Of a stretch of 64,000 nt of DNA, positions 1 to 12,339 are shown in pieces. Numbering within the stretch: the stretch's first letter is position 1; every line of letters starts with the position of its first letter. Where the stretch lies: NCBI GenBank assembly GCA_051294375.1, contig CM119269.1, positions 4,094,626 to 4,158,625 on the forward strand. The letters run 5' to 3'. Below the pieces are notes generated by a model that was given only the letters and a program-made list of their open reading frames with translations, was not told the origin of the DNA and did no database searches. Both the position numbers and the translations under genes were made by a program. This stretch comes from Paraspadella gotoi. Its lineage: Eukaryota; Animalia; Chaetognatha.

Positions 1-566
1 CCTCTTCGCTCCGACGAACAAAAGACTAAGCGACGAACGAGGAGCATTTCTCGGAAAAGATGCGTCGTCGCCTTTCAGACTTTGATTGATGAACGAGTCA
101 CGAGGACATCGATCTTCGAAATAAAACTCACTGCAAAAACCTCTGCGACAACAACAACAATAACAACAAAAACAACAACGACGACGACGACGACGAGATT
201 GACCGAAAGTGTGAAGGAGCAATCGCATTTATGTACATGTGTGTACTTAAATGTAAGTTATAAAAAGTACGTTTATTTAAAATTTGAATTTAAAATCGTA
301 TTTCAATTCATTTTTAGTCATCATATTTTATATAATAATTAAGAATTATCACTGAAGATGTTTAAGGAAAAACAAGTACGTATTTAATTTTGCAAAGCAC
401 AACAACAACCAAGCCAACGCTAACCCTTAACGATTCCGATTACAATAACCCCATTGCCGTCGATAACCCCAACGCCAACGTCAAATCCAACGCCAACGCC
501 AACGTCAAATCCAACGCCAACGCTAACGCCAACGCCAACTCTCTCAACCCCATCCCCTCGCCAAAC

Positions 567-700
567 CTCGGATCCGCCCAGCGCCGACAGGATGTAGTCG
601 ATCGGAACGGAAGACATAAAGTCGACGAAAAACCAGGACTTCATGTAAGTGACGGCGATTTCCCTCGGGTCCATGATCACTTCTTGAGGATGGTGAGGAT
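567..700 (-). CDS. HCN: HCN-like channel exon, S2-S3 linker and S3
   Basis: [45 protein letters not shown] matches HCN IILDP..I...YLKSWF.VDFISSIPVDYI; AG/GT bounded, phase 1 to 0. Confidence 0.93.
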
Positions 701-1318
701 CTGAAGGAGGAGAGATATGTGAAAAGAGGTGAGGAGAAATTCGGGTGAATTATTTGACGGAAGCTTTGGTTGGAGTTTCCGCGCGAGAGGCCATAAAAAG
801 ATTAAGATTTATTATTCTTTTTAAGAAATGAGTTCGAGTGAAAGGATCGAGATTGATCTTTTGAAGAACGATAGAGATAATAGAGTGATCTTAAATGCGA
901 TCGAATTTTTTTAATCTCATATAAATATTGTCTTTTATTTTTCGTTAATTGTTTACGGATTATTTCGTTGATTTATTTACATCGTTTTCTTATTCCAAAA
1001 TACGACAGCAACATATACTACAACGAACATAAAGATTATAAAAGTAAAATGGTGAAAGAAAAGCGACAAGAGTCGAAAGGATTGCAGTCGGGAAAATCAT
1101 CAAGTAAACAAAGATTGAATTAATTCTGTAGTCGTGTTGAACCGACCATAAAATTATTGAACATTTGTTTCACGATCAAGCTGCCAGGTCGTCGTTGTCG
1201 TTGTCATTGGCGAAAAAAAAATGAGGAAACGATGACGAAGACGATGACAAAAACGAAGCTCACTTGGACGACAACAACGACAGCGACAAAGATGACGACT
1301 TCATCTCCATCTCTTTAC

Positions 1319-1490
1319 CCGGGATGATTCCAGTCCTGAAGTTGAGCACGAGATCCATCATGAAGAAAGTGTCGAAGGCCGAGTGGAAGATGAGCCAAGC
1401 GAGAGACTGAGTCCCGTGGAAGAAGGCGATGTCGACTGGGATGACGACGAGGTTGATGATCATCAGGAGGAGAAGGGTGAAGTCCCAATA
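1319..1490 (-). CDS. HCN: HCN-like channel exon, S1-S2
   Basis: YWDFTLLLLMIINLVVIPVDIAFFHGTQSLAWLIFHSAFDTFFMMDLVLNFRTGIIP matches HCN YWD..NL.IIPV.I.FF..W..FN..SDT.FL.DLVLNFRTG; AG/GT bounded, phase 0 to 1. Confidence 0.93.
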
Positions 1491-1635
1491 CTGGAGGATG
1501 AGTGGAGGAAGAAGGGGAGGGAGGAGAAAAAGAGAGGGAGGAGAAAGGAGAAAAGAAAGAGGAGGAAAAGAGGATGAAAAGAAAGAAAAAAAAACTAAAA
1601 CAAACGAGCAAGCCAATGACTTTTCAAGCGCCCAC

Positions 1636-1782
1636 CTTTCTGAACGTGCACATCGGATGCAGTACGAATCGATCGGCCTTCAAGCGGAGGAAGACTTGCT
1701 TGGCTCTGGCGCAACCGCGCGGCCGCTGCGAATCTTGGGAGCGGCGGCTGCGGCGGGAAGAAGAGCGGCGGTGGCGGGGCAT
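1636..1782 (-). CDS. HCN: HCN-like channel, first coding exon (Arg/Ser-rich N-terminus to pre-S1)
   Basis: Manual translation MPRHRRSSSRRSRRSQDSQRPRGCARAKQVFLRLKADRFVLHPMCTFRK; the end matches HCN IIHPYSDFR; GT donor in phase 0 joins YWD of the next exon; in-frame stops lie upstream of the ATG; an AG acceptor sits at 1886-1887. Confidence 0.8.
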
Positions 1783-3724
1783 CGCGGCGGGGAGTTATTG
1801 GGTAAGGGAAGATTGAGAAGTGTCGAGTCGAGGGTGAGTTTATGAGCTGTCGGCTCGACGAAGACGCGACGGGTAAGTCATGGGTCTGTTGTGAAAAAGA
1901 AAAGACAATAAGTATAGCATATAATATAAATATATATTATACAGTAAGTGACAGTAAGTAAACTTTAATAAAATCGAAAACATTTGACGGAAAGAATGAT
2001 AGGAAAATATATTATTTATTATCCTCTGCCAAAATTACGCTCACAGATTACTTCGTTCGTCCGAAAGAAAATTGGGCGAACTGTCTAATTAATATTTCTT
2101 CGGCTTGTTTGCTTATGGACATTTTTTATTTTCGTTTTTTTTTTTTTTTTTTGCCTCATAACTTTTTTTCAGCTTCCCTCTTTTCTTTCCCTCTTCGTTC
2201 TATTCGTCCTTGTCATTCTGAATCTCTTGTCTTTCAAACCTTCAAGTGTTTTTTTTTCCTTTTTCCTTTTTCCTTTTTCCTTATCAACGATTTTTCTCTC
2301 TTTCGTTGTCTTTTTATTTCGCTCCTCAAAAAAGTCTTTTCCCTCTTTGTCCTTTTTCCGTCAACGTTTCTTTTTTCTCCCCCTTTTCACGCGTCGCGCC
2401 TTTGTCTCACCCTTGTCCTTTCTTTGTCCTTACTTCATTATCCTTTCGCTTTCGAGACGTCAAGTCGTCACCGGCGAAAGGTGCAGTTTACTCGACGGGA
2501 GAGTTTTTTTTTTTTGTCAAAAGCGACGAAATTTTAGCGAAATCATCTTTTATTTTTTCGTCAAGGCTTTGCCGACTTTTTAGAAAAATGAAAGAGCATA
2601 TGTTTCCCTGCTGTGTAATACTCTATGAAATTGGTACAACCAAAATAAAAATTATCCTTTAATATTTAATGTATAGATTAAGCTTATTTATGATCAACTG
2701 ACAGATTTATATTTTTTTAAAGGAGCAATGAAACTTGATTGTGATGTCGTTTATTTTTTCGCTTTCTCAACACGAGGCGCTGAATATGATTATCCCGTCA
2801 TTCTTTTCCCAACGCTTCGCTTTTATCGGCACTTGGCTTTTTTATTTATATTTTCTTTCGTTTTTATTTTTATTTTTATTGTTATTGTTATTCGCGTCGA
2901 GAATGAAATCGTTTTTTATGGATTTTTTTTTCCCGCAGCCAAAAAACGCCTAACAGCAACAACAACAAATACAAAAACAACAACAGCAAAAACACCAACA
3001 ACAGCAACAACAACAACTACAACCACAACATTTACAACAACAACAACGACGATGCCTTTTTTGAGAATCGAGAGCCGAAAAGAAAACATTTTTGTGCAGA
3101 AGAAATGATTCCATCCCTTTCGACTTTCCGCGATGGAAGAAAGGACGAAACTAGTGGGACATGGAAAACTTGTCAGAATGTCACCTTCAATTCAATCTAA
3201 TGTTAAGCTTTGAATTTTTACACCGGAAAAAAAAGCTATATTAACAATGCCAACGTGATTGTTTACGCCTCAGCTTATTTCATTTTTCATCCTTTTTTTT
3301 TCTCTTTTTTTCTTCCTTTTTTTCCTTTTCTTTTTCTCTTTGCTTATCTCCATGTTTTCGGTTCCACGGATTTTGGAGTCTGGTCTCAGGTAGCAGGTGA
3401 CTCGGTTGTCACTCGCAATTCACGCCGTGAAGTCTTCAATCTTCACTCAGACGATTTTCAACGGATGAATACATTTTTTTTCTCCGTGACATAACGCGCC
3501 CCTTTTGAAAAATGTTTAAGTTTAAGTTTTGTTTTCATTTTAGGTGAGGCGTCTCAAGGTTAAGGACCCATTGGCCACATCCATTCGTCCGTGAAAGAAA
3601 AACAAAACAAAACTAAATAAAAGAAAACAAAACTAAACAAACACAAGGAAAAATATATGTTATTCACAACAACAACAACAAAAAAAGTTTTTATAAGACG
3701 GCGATGATGTTTACGACAAGAATG

Positions 3725-4039
<315 letters not shown>

Positions 4040-5422
4040 CGTCGACGTTTTTTTTCCATTTATCATAAACATTCGTGAATTTTTTTGCATTTTTGCGAAT
4101 TTTGTTATAAAATGTATTGTCAGTTTTTTTTCCCCTTTTTTTTTCTAATAGAGTACGAAATAAACAACGGAAAAACAATATTGTCGTCAAGTTGATAATA
4201 ACTATAATAATAAGGACGAAAAAGGAAATGATGTTGCTGTTGCTGTTAATCATCATCATGATGTTTACCAGTATCTTTTTACCCGACCATAATAAACTTT
4301 CTCGCGCTTCAAAAAGACGATGAAGAAAAATGGCGCTAAAACTGAGTTCGACGCCGACGACCACAACGGCCACGACGACGACGACGACAACGACGAATAC
4401 GACGCCGACGACGATGACGACAATCACTGTAGTAAAGGTTTTGATGAAGGAACTAATAAAGACGTTGGAAACGACGGAAGCTTCGTTGTCGTCTTCGTCG
4501 TCGTCATCGTCTTTCCAGACATAAAAGAGAGAAAAAACAAACAAAAAAAAAACCGAAATCATTCTGAAAAATTTTATTATAAAATATAATATAATAAAGA
4601 AATAATTTTTACAAAAAGTTGAGTTGAATCACGCTGTAACTGAAAAGGAGACGACGATGTCGAGGGGGAGAAAGGCGCCAACGAGGAGACGAGCGGAGGA
4701 AAGAAGAAGATTGAAGGAAGAGGAAAGAGAAAAGAAAAGAAAAGAAAAGAAAAGAAAAAGGAAGAGAAAGAAAAAGGAAGAGAAAGAAATTAAAAGAGAA
4801 AAGAAAAAAGAAAAGAAAAGAAAAGAAAAGAAAAGAGGAGGGTGAAGGGGAGGAGAAGGTTGGGGGGGGGGGGAGAAAAAAGGCAAGCGAAAAAATCATT
4901 TGGCGCCTTTTTTTTTTTCAATCGAAGCTTTCGACGCAGACACCGATGCCGTTGGGAATGTCTGAATTCCGGTTGGCACCTGGTCTCTCTCTTCTCTCTC
5001 TCTCTTCTTCTCTCTCTTCTTCTCTCTTTCTTCCTTGGTTTGTTTTGTTTTTTGTTTGTTTTTTTATTTATTTGTTTTATTCGTTTGTTTTTTATTTATT
5101 TGTTCTTTGTTGTTTTTTATTTGTTTTTGTTCTTTCTTTCTCTATTGTCTTATCTTTTCTTCTTTCTTTTCTAGCTCTTTTTATGTTATTTCGTTTCCCC
5201 CCACCTTCCCCTTTTCTTAAGTTTTTTGTTATGTGTTCTTTGTTATATTTTAGTTGCTGAATTATCCTTACCTATTTTTTTTTTTGTTTTTTATTCGCTT
5301 CTTTCTTTCTTTTTTTCTGGTTTTTCTTTTCTTTTTCTTCTTTTCCTTTTTTCTTTCTTTTCTTCTTTCTTCTCTTTTAAGTCCCTCCCCCTCTTTCTCT
5401 CGTCCCTCATCACTCACCCTAC

Positions 5423-5543
5423 CGTGTACTTGATCATGCCATTGAGCCTCTTGAGATGTTCCTGATGATCCAACATCTTGGGGTATCTGCAAGAGCGGCA
5501 CCAGATGGAATGCAGGCCATTCAGTGAGAAACCAAATAATCAC
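5423..5543 (-). CDS. HCN: HCN-like channel exon, end of S5 and turret (contains indels)
   Basis: With several single-base indel corrections it reads VIILVSHWNGCI..LVPLLQ..PQDCWII....EAQWHDQY, matching HCN [20 protein letters not shown].DCW...W..QY; boundaries approximate. Confidence 0.75.
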
Positions 5544-7017
5544 CTGGGGGCGATGGGAGAACACGTGACCTTTGGGGTTTTATTTTTAATTTTCACATAA
5601 ATCAGATGGAAGAAAAAATTTACTCTGTATTGGAGGGTAATTTTTGGAGAAACATCTTGGAAGAAACTGAGCACATACATCATTATTTACACGAAGACTA
5701 TTTTTCATTTAATTGTTTTATATACATTATGCATTAGAGGTGATTGAAAATGATAAAATTTTTAGAATTAAATTAGCATATAAAAACTGACATAAAACCA
5801 TAAATCTATTTTGCGTCAAATTATTTTTTAATTTTTTACATTAGTGGCACATGTGAGTCTAATATTTATATATATAATTAGTAAAATTGGCTAAAAATTC
5901 AAAATACAATTTTTAAATTTTAAGATCGGATTGGATTTTTGCAAAAAGTTATTATAAGAAATACAATCTTTTTTAAAAATTCTTTAAATTAAGTTAGTTC
6001 AAAAATGAAATAACATATTTAAGACGCTGATTTTAAATTTCCCGCTAAATATAGTTTTTGTAATTTAACCTACTTAATCATAATTTTGAAAAAGATACTT
6101 TCTTCTATTCACTTTTAACGAGGAATCTGAATCTGTCTCAGATTAAAAAAAAACCATTTAAAAATTTTGACATTATATAAGGGTAGTACTATATAACAAA
6201 TATAAGAAGCTGACTGGCTACTCCTATTATAAAAAAAGAAAAATAATTACTGATTAGTATTCACTAATATGGATAGTTTCAAGATATAACTGCTAAATTT
6301 TATTCCAAAATTTCACTTCACTATTATGGCATAGCATGCTTTAGAATGCTTTTATCATTTAAACCTCAAAAGATCTTCAACCGAAAAGATTGGACGAATC
6401 GTCAACCAATCGTCGCCATATTGGAAAAAGTTTTCTCCCATTGGAGACCAACGTATCGAATCATCCGAGAAATTCTTGGCAAAAAAAAGAAAGAGATGGC
6501 GACCAATGTCTTTGCATGGTTTTAGACGTCTTTGCATCATCGTGATGTCGTCGTCGTGGGTCTTGCTTCGGTTGTACGTCGTCGTCTTGTCACGATCGTG
6601 CCGGCAAGAGCGCGATATCTCCAAAAAACCCTATTTTCCTACTTGAGACTCGGAAGTGAGAGAGAAAACCTTCCTCAAGTCTGTTTTCATTTTCAGGCCT
6701 TTCCATAGAGAAGAGTTGATTTCTCTGGAATGGAAAGACAATGAAGAACATGAAAGAAAAAGAAAAAGAAAGGAAAGAAGGAAAGACTTAAAAAGAACGG
6801 AAATAAAGAAAAGAACAAATATGATAGTGATTAAGTTTTACAGCGATAAATATAATGGTATTAATCGCAGCCTTCAATACGAATTATAAATAGAATAGAA
6901 TAGAATAGAATAGAATGAATCTAAAAATCAATGAGTGAATCAATGAATAAATACAAAAACAAAAAAACAAATTACATAAAAACAAAATAAACCCCAAAAA
7001 AATACCCTTTCCCTGAC

Positions 7018-7124
7018 CTGACATCATGTTGAGGGCCGTGAGCCAAATTTCCGTCATGGTGCTGGGCGGGAGGCGTCCGTAGCCCATGCAGAGCATTTGC
7101 GACAAGGCTTTGAACAAAGACCAG
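7018..7124 (-). CDS. HCN: HCN-like channel exon, pore helix, selectivity filter and start of S6
   Basis: [35 protein letters not shown] versus HCN ALFKAMSHMLCIGYG..PP..M.D.WLT; AG/GT bounded, phase 2 to 1. Confidence 0.95.
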
Positions 7125-7797
7125 CTGCAACGGAATAGACATAGAAATAGAAATAAGAAACCCAAGATCTCTTCTCTCCTCGTCCCGATCGTTTTTCACT
7201 TTTGCTGATTTTCTCATTGTCTGTGACGCGGCGCGACTTGTCACGTGCGATGCTCAAGGCGCCGCGTGCATTTACACTCAGAGAGCGAAGTTAAATATTT
7301 TACGTTGGCGAGCTCATTCTTCTTTCTTTTGTGTCCCCGAGCATTTACGTTCGTCGCTGTCTTCTTCTTGCTTTTTATCTTTTTCTTTCTTTCTTTCGTT
7401 TTCTGTTTCCTTTCTTAGTTTCTCTTCTTTCATTTATTTTGCATCTGTTTTTTTTTTCTTTCATTCTTTTCTTCACACCTTTTTTTGTTCGAAATTCATT
7501 AGAGACTCGGATTTTCTTTTTCTTTCTTTTTTCATGTTGCTATTTTTTTCCCTTCATTTTCGACTCTAAACATTTTTGATCGTTATACCAGTAACATCGT
7601 TCCTTTCTTTTCTTATAATAATCCAAGTAAAATTCAGCTTTATTTAATTTATTCATTTATTCATTCATTCACTCATTCATTTAATTCATTCGATTTGTTT
7701 ATCCATTTAATTCGTTCAATTCGTATATTCATTTAATTCGTTCAATTTGTTCAATTCGTTCACTCATTTAATTTTTTTCATTCCTTCCTCAACCCAC

Positions 7798-7966
7798 CTG
7801 AGCTCGAAGTAAAGAATGACTTCCTTCATGAGTTGTTTTGGCAGTTTCCTAAATCTCATATACTCCTCTAGGTGCGAGAGCTTCTGTTTGTAAAGACGAT
7901 GGGAGAAATCGAATGAGTGAACGAGTTTGGAGACGTGGCCGAGGAGGAGCGCGTAGAAAGTGGCGC
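7798..7966 (-). CDS. HCN: HCN-like channel exon, S6 and C-linker A'-B'
   Basis: GATFYALLLGHVSKLVHSFDFSHRLYKQKLSHLEEYMRFRKLPKQLMKEVILYFELR versus HCN [43 protein letters not shown]; phase 1 to 2. Confidence 0.93.
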
Positions 7967-8264
7967 CTGGCGGTGGGAAAAGGAAAACAAAGGAAATAGA
8001 ATAGAATAGAATAGAATAGAATAGAATAGAANNNNNNNNNNNNNNNNNNNNNNNNNNNNNNNNNNNNNNNNNNNNNNNNNNNNNNNNNNNNNNNNNNNNN
8101 NNNNNNNNNNNNNNNNNNNNNNNNNNNNNNNNNNNNNNNNNNNNNNNNNNNNNNNNNNNNNNNNNNNNNNNNNNNNNNNNNNNNNNNNNNNNNNNNNNNN
8201 NNNNNNNNNNNNNNNNNNNNNNNNNNNNNNNNNNNNNNNNNNNNNNNNNNNNNNNNNNNNNNNN

Positions 8265-8378
8265 CCATTCCCTACCATTCCCTACGATTCCTTACAATTC
8301 CCTATCATACCCTACCATTCCCTACCATACCCTACCATTCCCTACAATTCCCTACAATTCCCTACCATTCCCTACCCC
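8265..8378. repeat. (TTCCCTACCA)n 10-mer array
   Basis: Direct reading; the same array occurs at 9041-9230. Confidence 0.95.
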
Positions 8379-8386
8379 ATCCTCAC

Positions 8387-8489
8387 TTTAGTGATGAGGT
8401 CTCGAAAGTTGAAATTGAGGACTTCGTTCCTTAGCGTGTCCGAGAGTTCGTTCATGATTGAAGCTTCGTCGAACATTTTCCCGCTGAAC
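8387..8489 (-). CDS. HCN: HCN-like channel exon, C-linker C'-F'
   Basis: FSGKMFDEASIMNELSDTLRNEVLNFNFRDLITK versus HCN YQGKMFDE.SIL.EL...LREEI.NFNCR.LV; phase 2 to 0. Confidence 0.93.
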
Positions 8490-9040
8490 CTGAAATCGTT
8501 AACGACCAGTGGTAATTATTGTTAACGGTTGTTAACGACTGTTAACGATCGCAACGACGAACGGACGAAAAATCTCTGGGGAGTTTTTTTTTCTTTTTGC
8601 TTCGTGAGTCGCGAATGAATTGAAAAAAAAAAAGTCGGTGAAACTAAATTCAATTGGAATTCAAGGATGAAAATTNNNNNNNNNNNNNNNNNNNNNNNNN
8701 NNNNNNNNNNNNNNNNNNNNNNNNNNNNNNNNNNNNNNNNNNNNNNNNNNNNNNNNNNNNNNNNNNNNNNNNNNNNNNNNNNNNNNNNNNNNNNNNNNNN
8801 NNNNNNNNNNNNNNNNNNNNNNNNNNNNNNNNNNNNNNNNNNNNNNNNNNNNNNNNNNNNNNNNNNNNNNNNNNNNNNNNNNNNNNNNNNNNNNNNNNNN
8901 NNNNNNNNNNNNNNNNNNNNNNNNNNNNNNNNNNNNNNNNNNNNNNNNNNNNNNNNNNNNNNCCATCAGGTAGACAAATCGTTTCCTTCTCACCAAAACT
9001 TTCTGCCGCTCAAAAACCAATTCGCAATCAAGCTTAGCGC

Positions 9041-9230
9041 TCCCTACCATTCCCCACGATTCCCTACCATTCCCTACCATTCCCTACGATTCCCTACGAT
9101 TCCCTACCATTCTTTACCATTCCCTACGATTCCCTACCATTCTTTACCATTCCCTACCATTCCCTACGATTCCCTACGATTCCCTACAATTCCCTACAAT
9201 TTCCTAAAATTCCCTACCATTCCCTACAAT
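9041..9230. repeat. (TTCCCTACCA)n 10-mer array
   Basis: Direct reading; ends at an N-gap. Confidence 0.95.
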
Positions 9231-9606
9231 NNNNNNNNNNNNNNNNNNNNNNNNNNNNNNNNNNNNNNNNNNNNNNNNNNNNNNNNNNNNNNNNNNNNNN
9301 NNNNNNNNNNNNNNNNNNNNNNNNNNNNNNNNNNNNNNNNNNNNNNNNNNNNNNNNNNNNNNNNNNNNNNNNNNNNNNNNNNNNNNNNNNNNNNNNNNNN
9401 NNNNNNNNNNNNNNNNNNNNNNNNNNNNNNNNNNNNNNNNNNNNNNNNNNNNNNNNNNNNNNCTCGACAAAACGATTTCCTCTTTAGTGATCGCTATTTT
9501 GGTCGTTAGCCGTTTTTTCGTTTCTCTTAAAACCATCAGAGTTCCTTTGTTTTGTTTTCTTGTGTTTTGTTTCGCGAAATTGGGCTTTTCAACCCGAACG
9601 ACTTAC

Positions 9607-9666
9607 CTTCAAACTTTCGGCGATTTTTGAAATGATGTCTTGGTTGAAATCATCGAACAATGGAAC
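9607..9666 (-). CDS. HCN: HCN-like channel exon, CNBD A-helix
   Basis: 60-nt exon VPLFDDFNQDIISKIAESLK versus HCN MPLFANADPNFVTAMLTKL; CAG acceptor and GTAAGT donor, phase 0 to 0. Confidence 0.85.
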
Positions 9667-9977
9667 CTGTTTGGAAAACAAACTTTTAACATTTAGATAT
9701 ATTTTCAGAAATTAGGAGCCAGGAATATTTAAATAAATGAGAAGAAAGAAACTGGTTTATTCTCACAACCCTTGACAATAAATTTATCTAATAATCTAAA
9801 GACATTTCTTTCACATGGAATCCATTCACAAATCTCTCCATCTCTATCTCTCTCTCTCTCTCCTCCTCTCTCCTATCTCTCTCTCTACCTCTCTTGCTTT
9901 ATTCACCGTAAAAGATTCTTCAAATTCTGAAAAACAAAGACAACAGAAAATAAATAACAGACCAAAGGGCGACTGAC

Positions 9978-10066
9978 CTGAAAAGATCGCAGTTGGTTTT
10001 GGCCACGACGTTGATGTGATGAGTCATCTCTCCGGTCAGGCAACTCTCACCGAAAAATCCGCCTTC
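9978..10066 (-). CDS. HCN: HCN-like channel exon, CNBD phosphate-binding cassette
   Basis: EGGFFGESCLTGEMTHHINVVAKTNCDLF versus HCN [29 protein letters not shown]; phase 0 to 2. Confidence 0.92.
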
Positions 10067-10992
10067 CTGTGATTTTTTTTGTGAAAAAGAAAGAATAAAT
10101 TTGCGATCGAACTTTCCAGTGAACTGGATGGTCGATCTCGTATCATTCATTCAAATTGTCCCTGGCCAACTGCGTAGAACCAATACTCTTTCCAAGGGAC
10201 CAAAGTGGGTTAACCTTTCCAGGTTAACCGTCTCAACGTAATCATTATTCTTTCGCGAGATCCGAGCAGCGGGTTAATTACGAGTCAAACTCGCTCAGCG
10301 GGAAATGAGGTCTGCATTAAAGGAAAAAAAAATTATCTCCCGGTCTTTTTTTGTTTTTTTTTGTTTGAGAGCGATCTCGATCTTTGCTTGTCACTGTCGG
10401 TTTTTCCGTCTGTCTGTTCTAGGAAATTAGATTTTGAATTGTTGAGTGACGGCTCTAACAGCCAGTTAACATTATTTGGCAAATAAATGTTAGAAATTTG
10501 ACAAATGTTAGAATGTATGTAACTTTCGCTCCATTGACAAAAATATCGGCGCTGATACATGATAAATATAAAACAAAGACGAAAACCTCAATCCACAAAA
10601 GTAAACAACCATCGCCATCGGTCAATAGTCAGAGTTAAATAACACAGGAACAAAAGGCAGGGACACCTGGTCAACGCAAAATAAGAACCAGAAAAAAACT
10701 GGATATGTGTAGATGAGGAACTAAGTGGGCTGAAGAGTGCTATCCACAACTAGCAGCCAGGAACGGGTTCGCTGATTGGAATCAGGCTTGAGGGTTTTCC
10801 ACGCCTTCAAGAGGTTTACGGGCGTCTTCACGGTTTCCGCAGCGCAGGTACCGGGTTGGGATTGAACCCGGTAAGTGTCATGCTTATAGGCGGGCTGAAC
10901 TTAGGCAATGCCCGTCTGCATATGAGAGATGACCTTTACAATTCTTAGGTCAAGGTGCAAAATCCTCGCTTTTTCACTACATTTTTGAAAGT

Positions 10993-11053
<61 letters not shown>

Positions 11054-11123
11054 GTTCTTACCGACAATTTACGCAGTCAGAGTGAAACCTTTACCGACAC
11101 TTTGAAGAGGTTGACCAGCTTAC

Positions 11124-11249
11124 CGACAGTTTGGTAAGGGATACGCCCTTCTCGTCGCTGATATCGACTTCCCCGGATTTGATGAAGTACATCCGGGTTC
11201 CTCTCGCTCCGCACCGGATGACGTTATGCCCCTCGCAGAACACCTCGTA
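11124..11249 (-). CDS. HCN: HCN-like channel exon, CNBD beta-roll first half
   Basis: YEVFCEGHNVIRCGARGTRMYFIKSGEVDISDEKGVSLTKLS versus HCN FEVFQPGD.IIREG..G.KMYFIQHG.V; 126 nt, phase 0 to 0. Confidence 0.92.
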
Positions 11250-11847
11250 CTGGAGGAAGATATAAGTAAGAGAAAAGAAAATAGGTTTGTAATGAAAGTT
11301 AATGGCGCCTCGTCTATGGGAAAAACTATAGACAAAAGAGGAGGAGGACGGGATAATTATAATGTTAATGAAGCTCGCGCGCTGAAAGAATGAAACGGAC
11401 TTGTGTGAGTCGGGGGGTGGGTTGTAAAAATAGTATTAACGTTTATCCAGCTCTTCGTGGACTGAAGAAATAAAAGGAAGGTGACCAGGTGACCAGGCTT
11501 TGGTATCGTAAAGTTGGTAATGAATACTAACGAATAACGATGCTTCGTCTCGTTTCCCTGTTATTCTCTATTGTTTCCCACGTATTGTTTTTTTTTTTTT
11601 TTCATTACCTTTTTCTTGCAACAGTTTTTTTTCCGTCGTAATTTCCTCTTCAGTCTCGTTAATTTTAATAACACGCTCAACTATTAGTTAATAACTAATG
11701 TCTCTAGTCTGATTTGTGAATTTTACGAACGATTGAGTAACATTTAACGCGTGTAGTGTAAAAATTTGGAAAAAGTCGAAGGAGACAGAGCGCGTGATGA
11801 CCGCGATGGTGACCTGGCTTCTCGCTTTACGTGAATTCTAAGAGGAA

Positions 11848-11880
<33 letters not shown>

Positions 11881-12339
11881 CTTGGTGACGACAAAGATAA
11901 CGACTTTGTCGACGACAGAAACAATGATGACGTCAATTATGAAAGAACGTCACTTCAAGGATTAATCCAAAAGAGCTTCTTTGTCGATAAGGATAATTTT
12001 CTTCTTATGAGAGAAAGATAACGGTAATTGCCGTGTTGATAAGGAAGGGGATCGTGATGAGGTTAATGGTTAAAAATGGTGATCATGATAATAAAAACAA
12101 TGTTGGTGGTATGGATGATGATAATGATATTAAAGATTAATAACGCAAACATAGGCGAAAAGTCGGGAAGGAAAAGAGGAAAAGTTACAAAAAACGACGT
12201 AATTGCGAAACAACTCGTTTGTCAATGATAGAAAATCCGGATTTGGCCAAAATTGGGAAAAATTACTTCGAACGAATGACAAAGTCCGATAGGTAACCAG
12301 AATTTTCCTCCAGCTCTCCGCGAGGACGAACGCCGATGA

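Noticed and set aside
8265-9230. Telomeric repeat
   Set aside because: The 10-mer TTCCCTACCA is intronic and degenerate and is not a TTAGGG/TTAGG-type unit
7849-9536. Long ORFs containing X
   Set aside because: They are open only because they cross N-gaps; the same applies at 26550-31099
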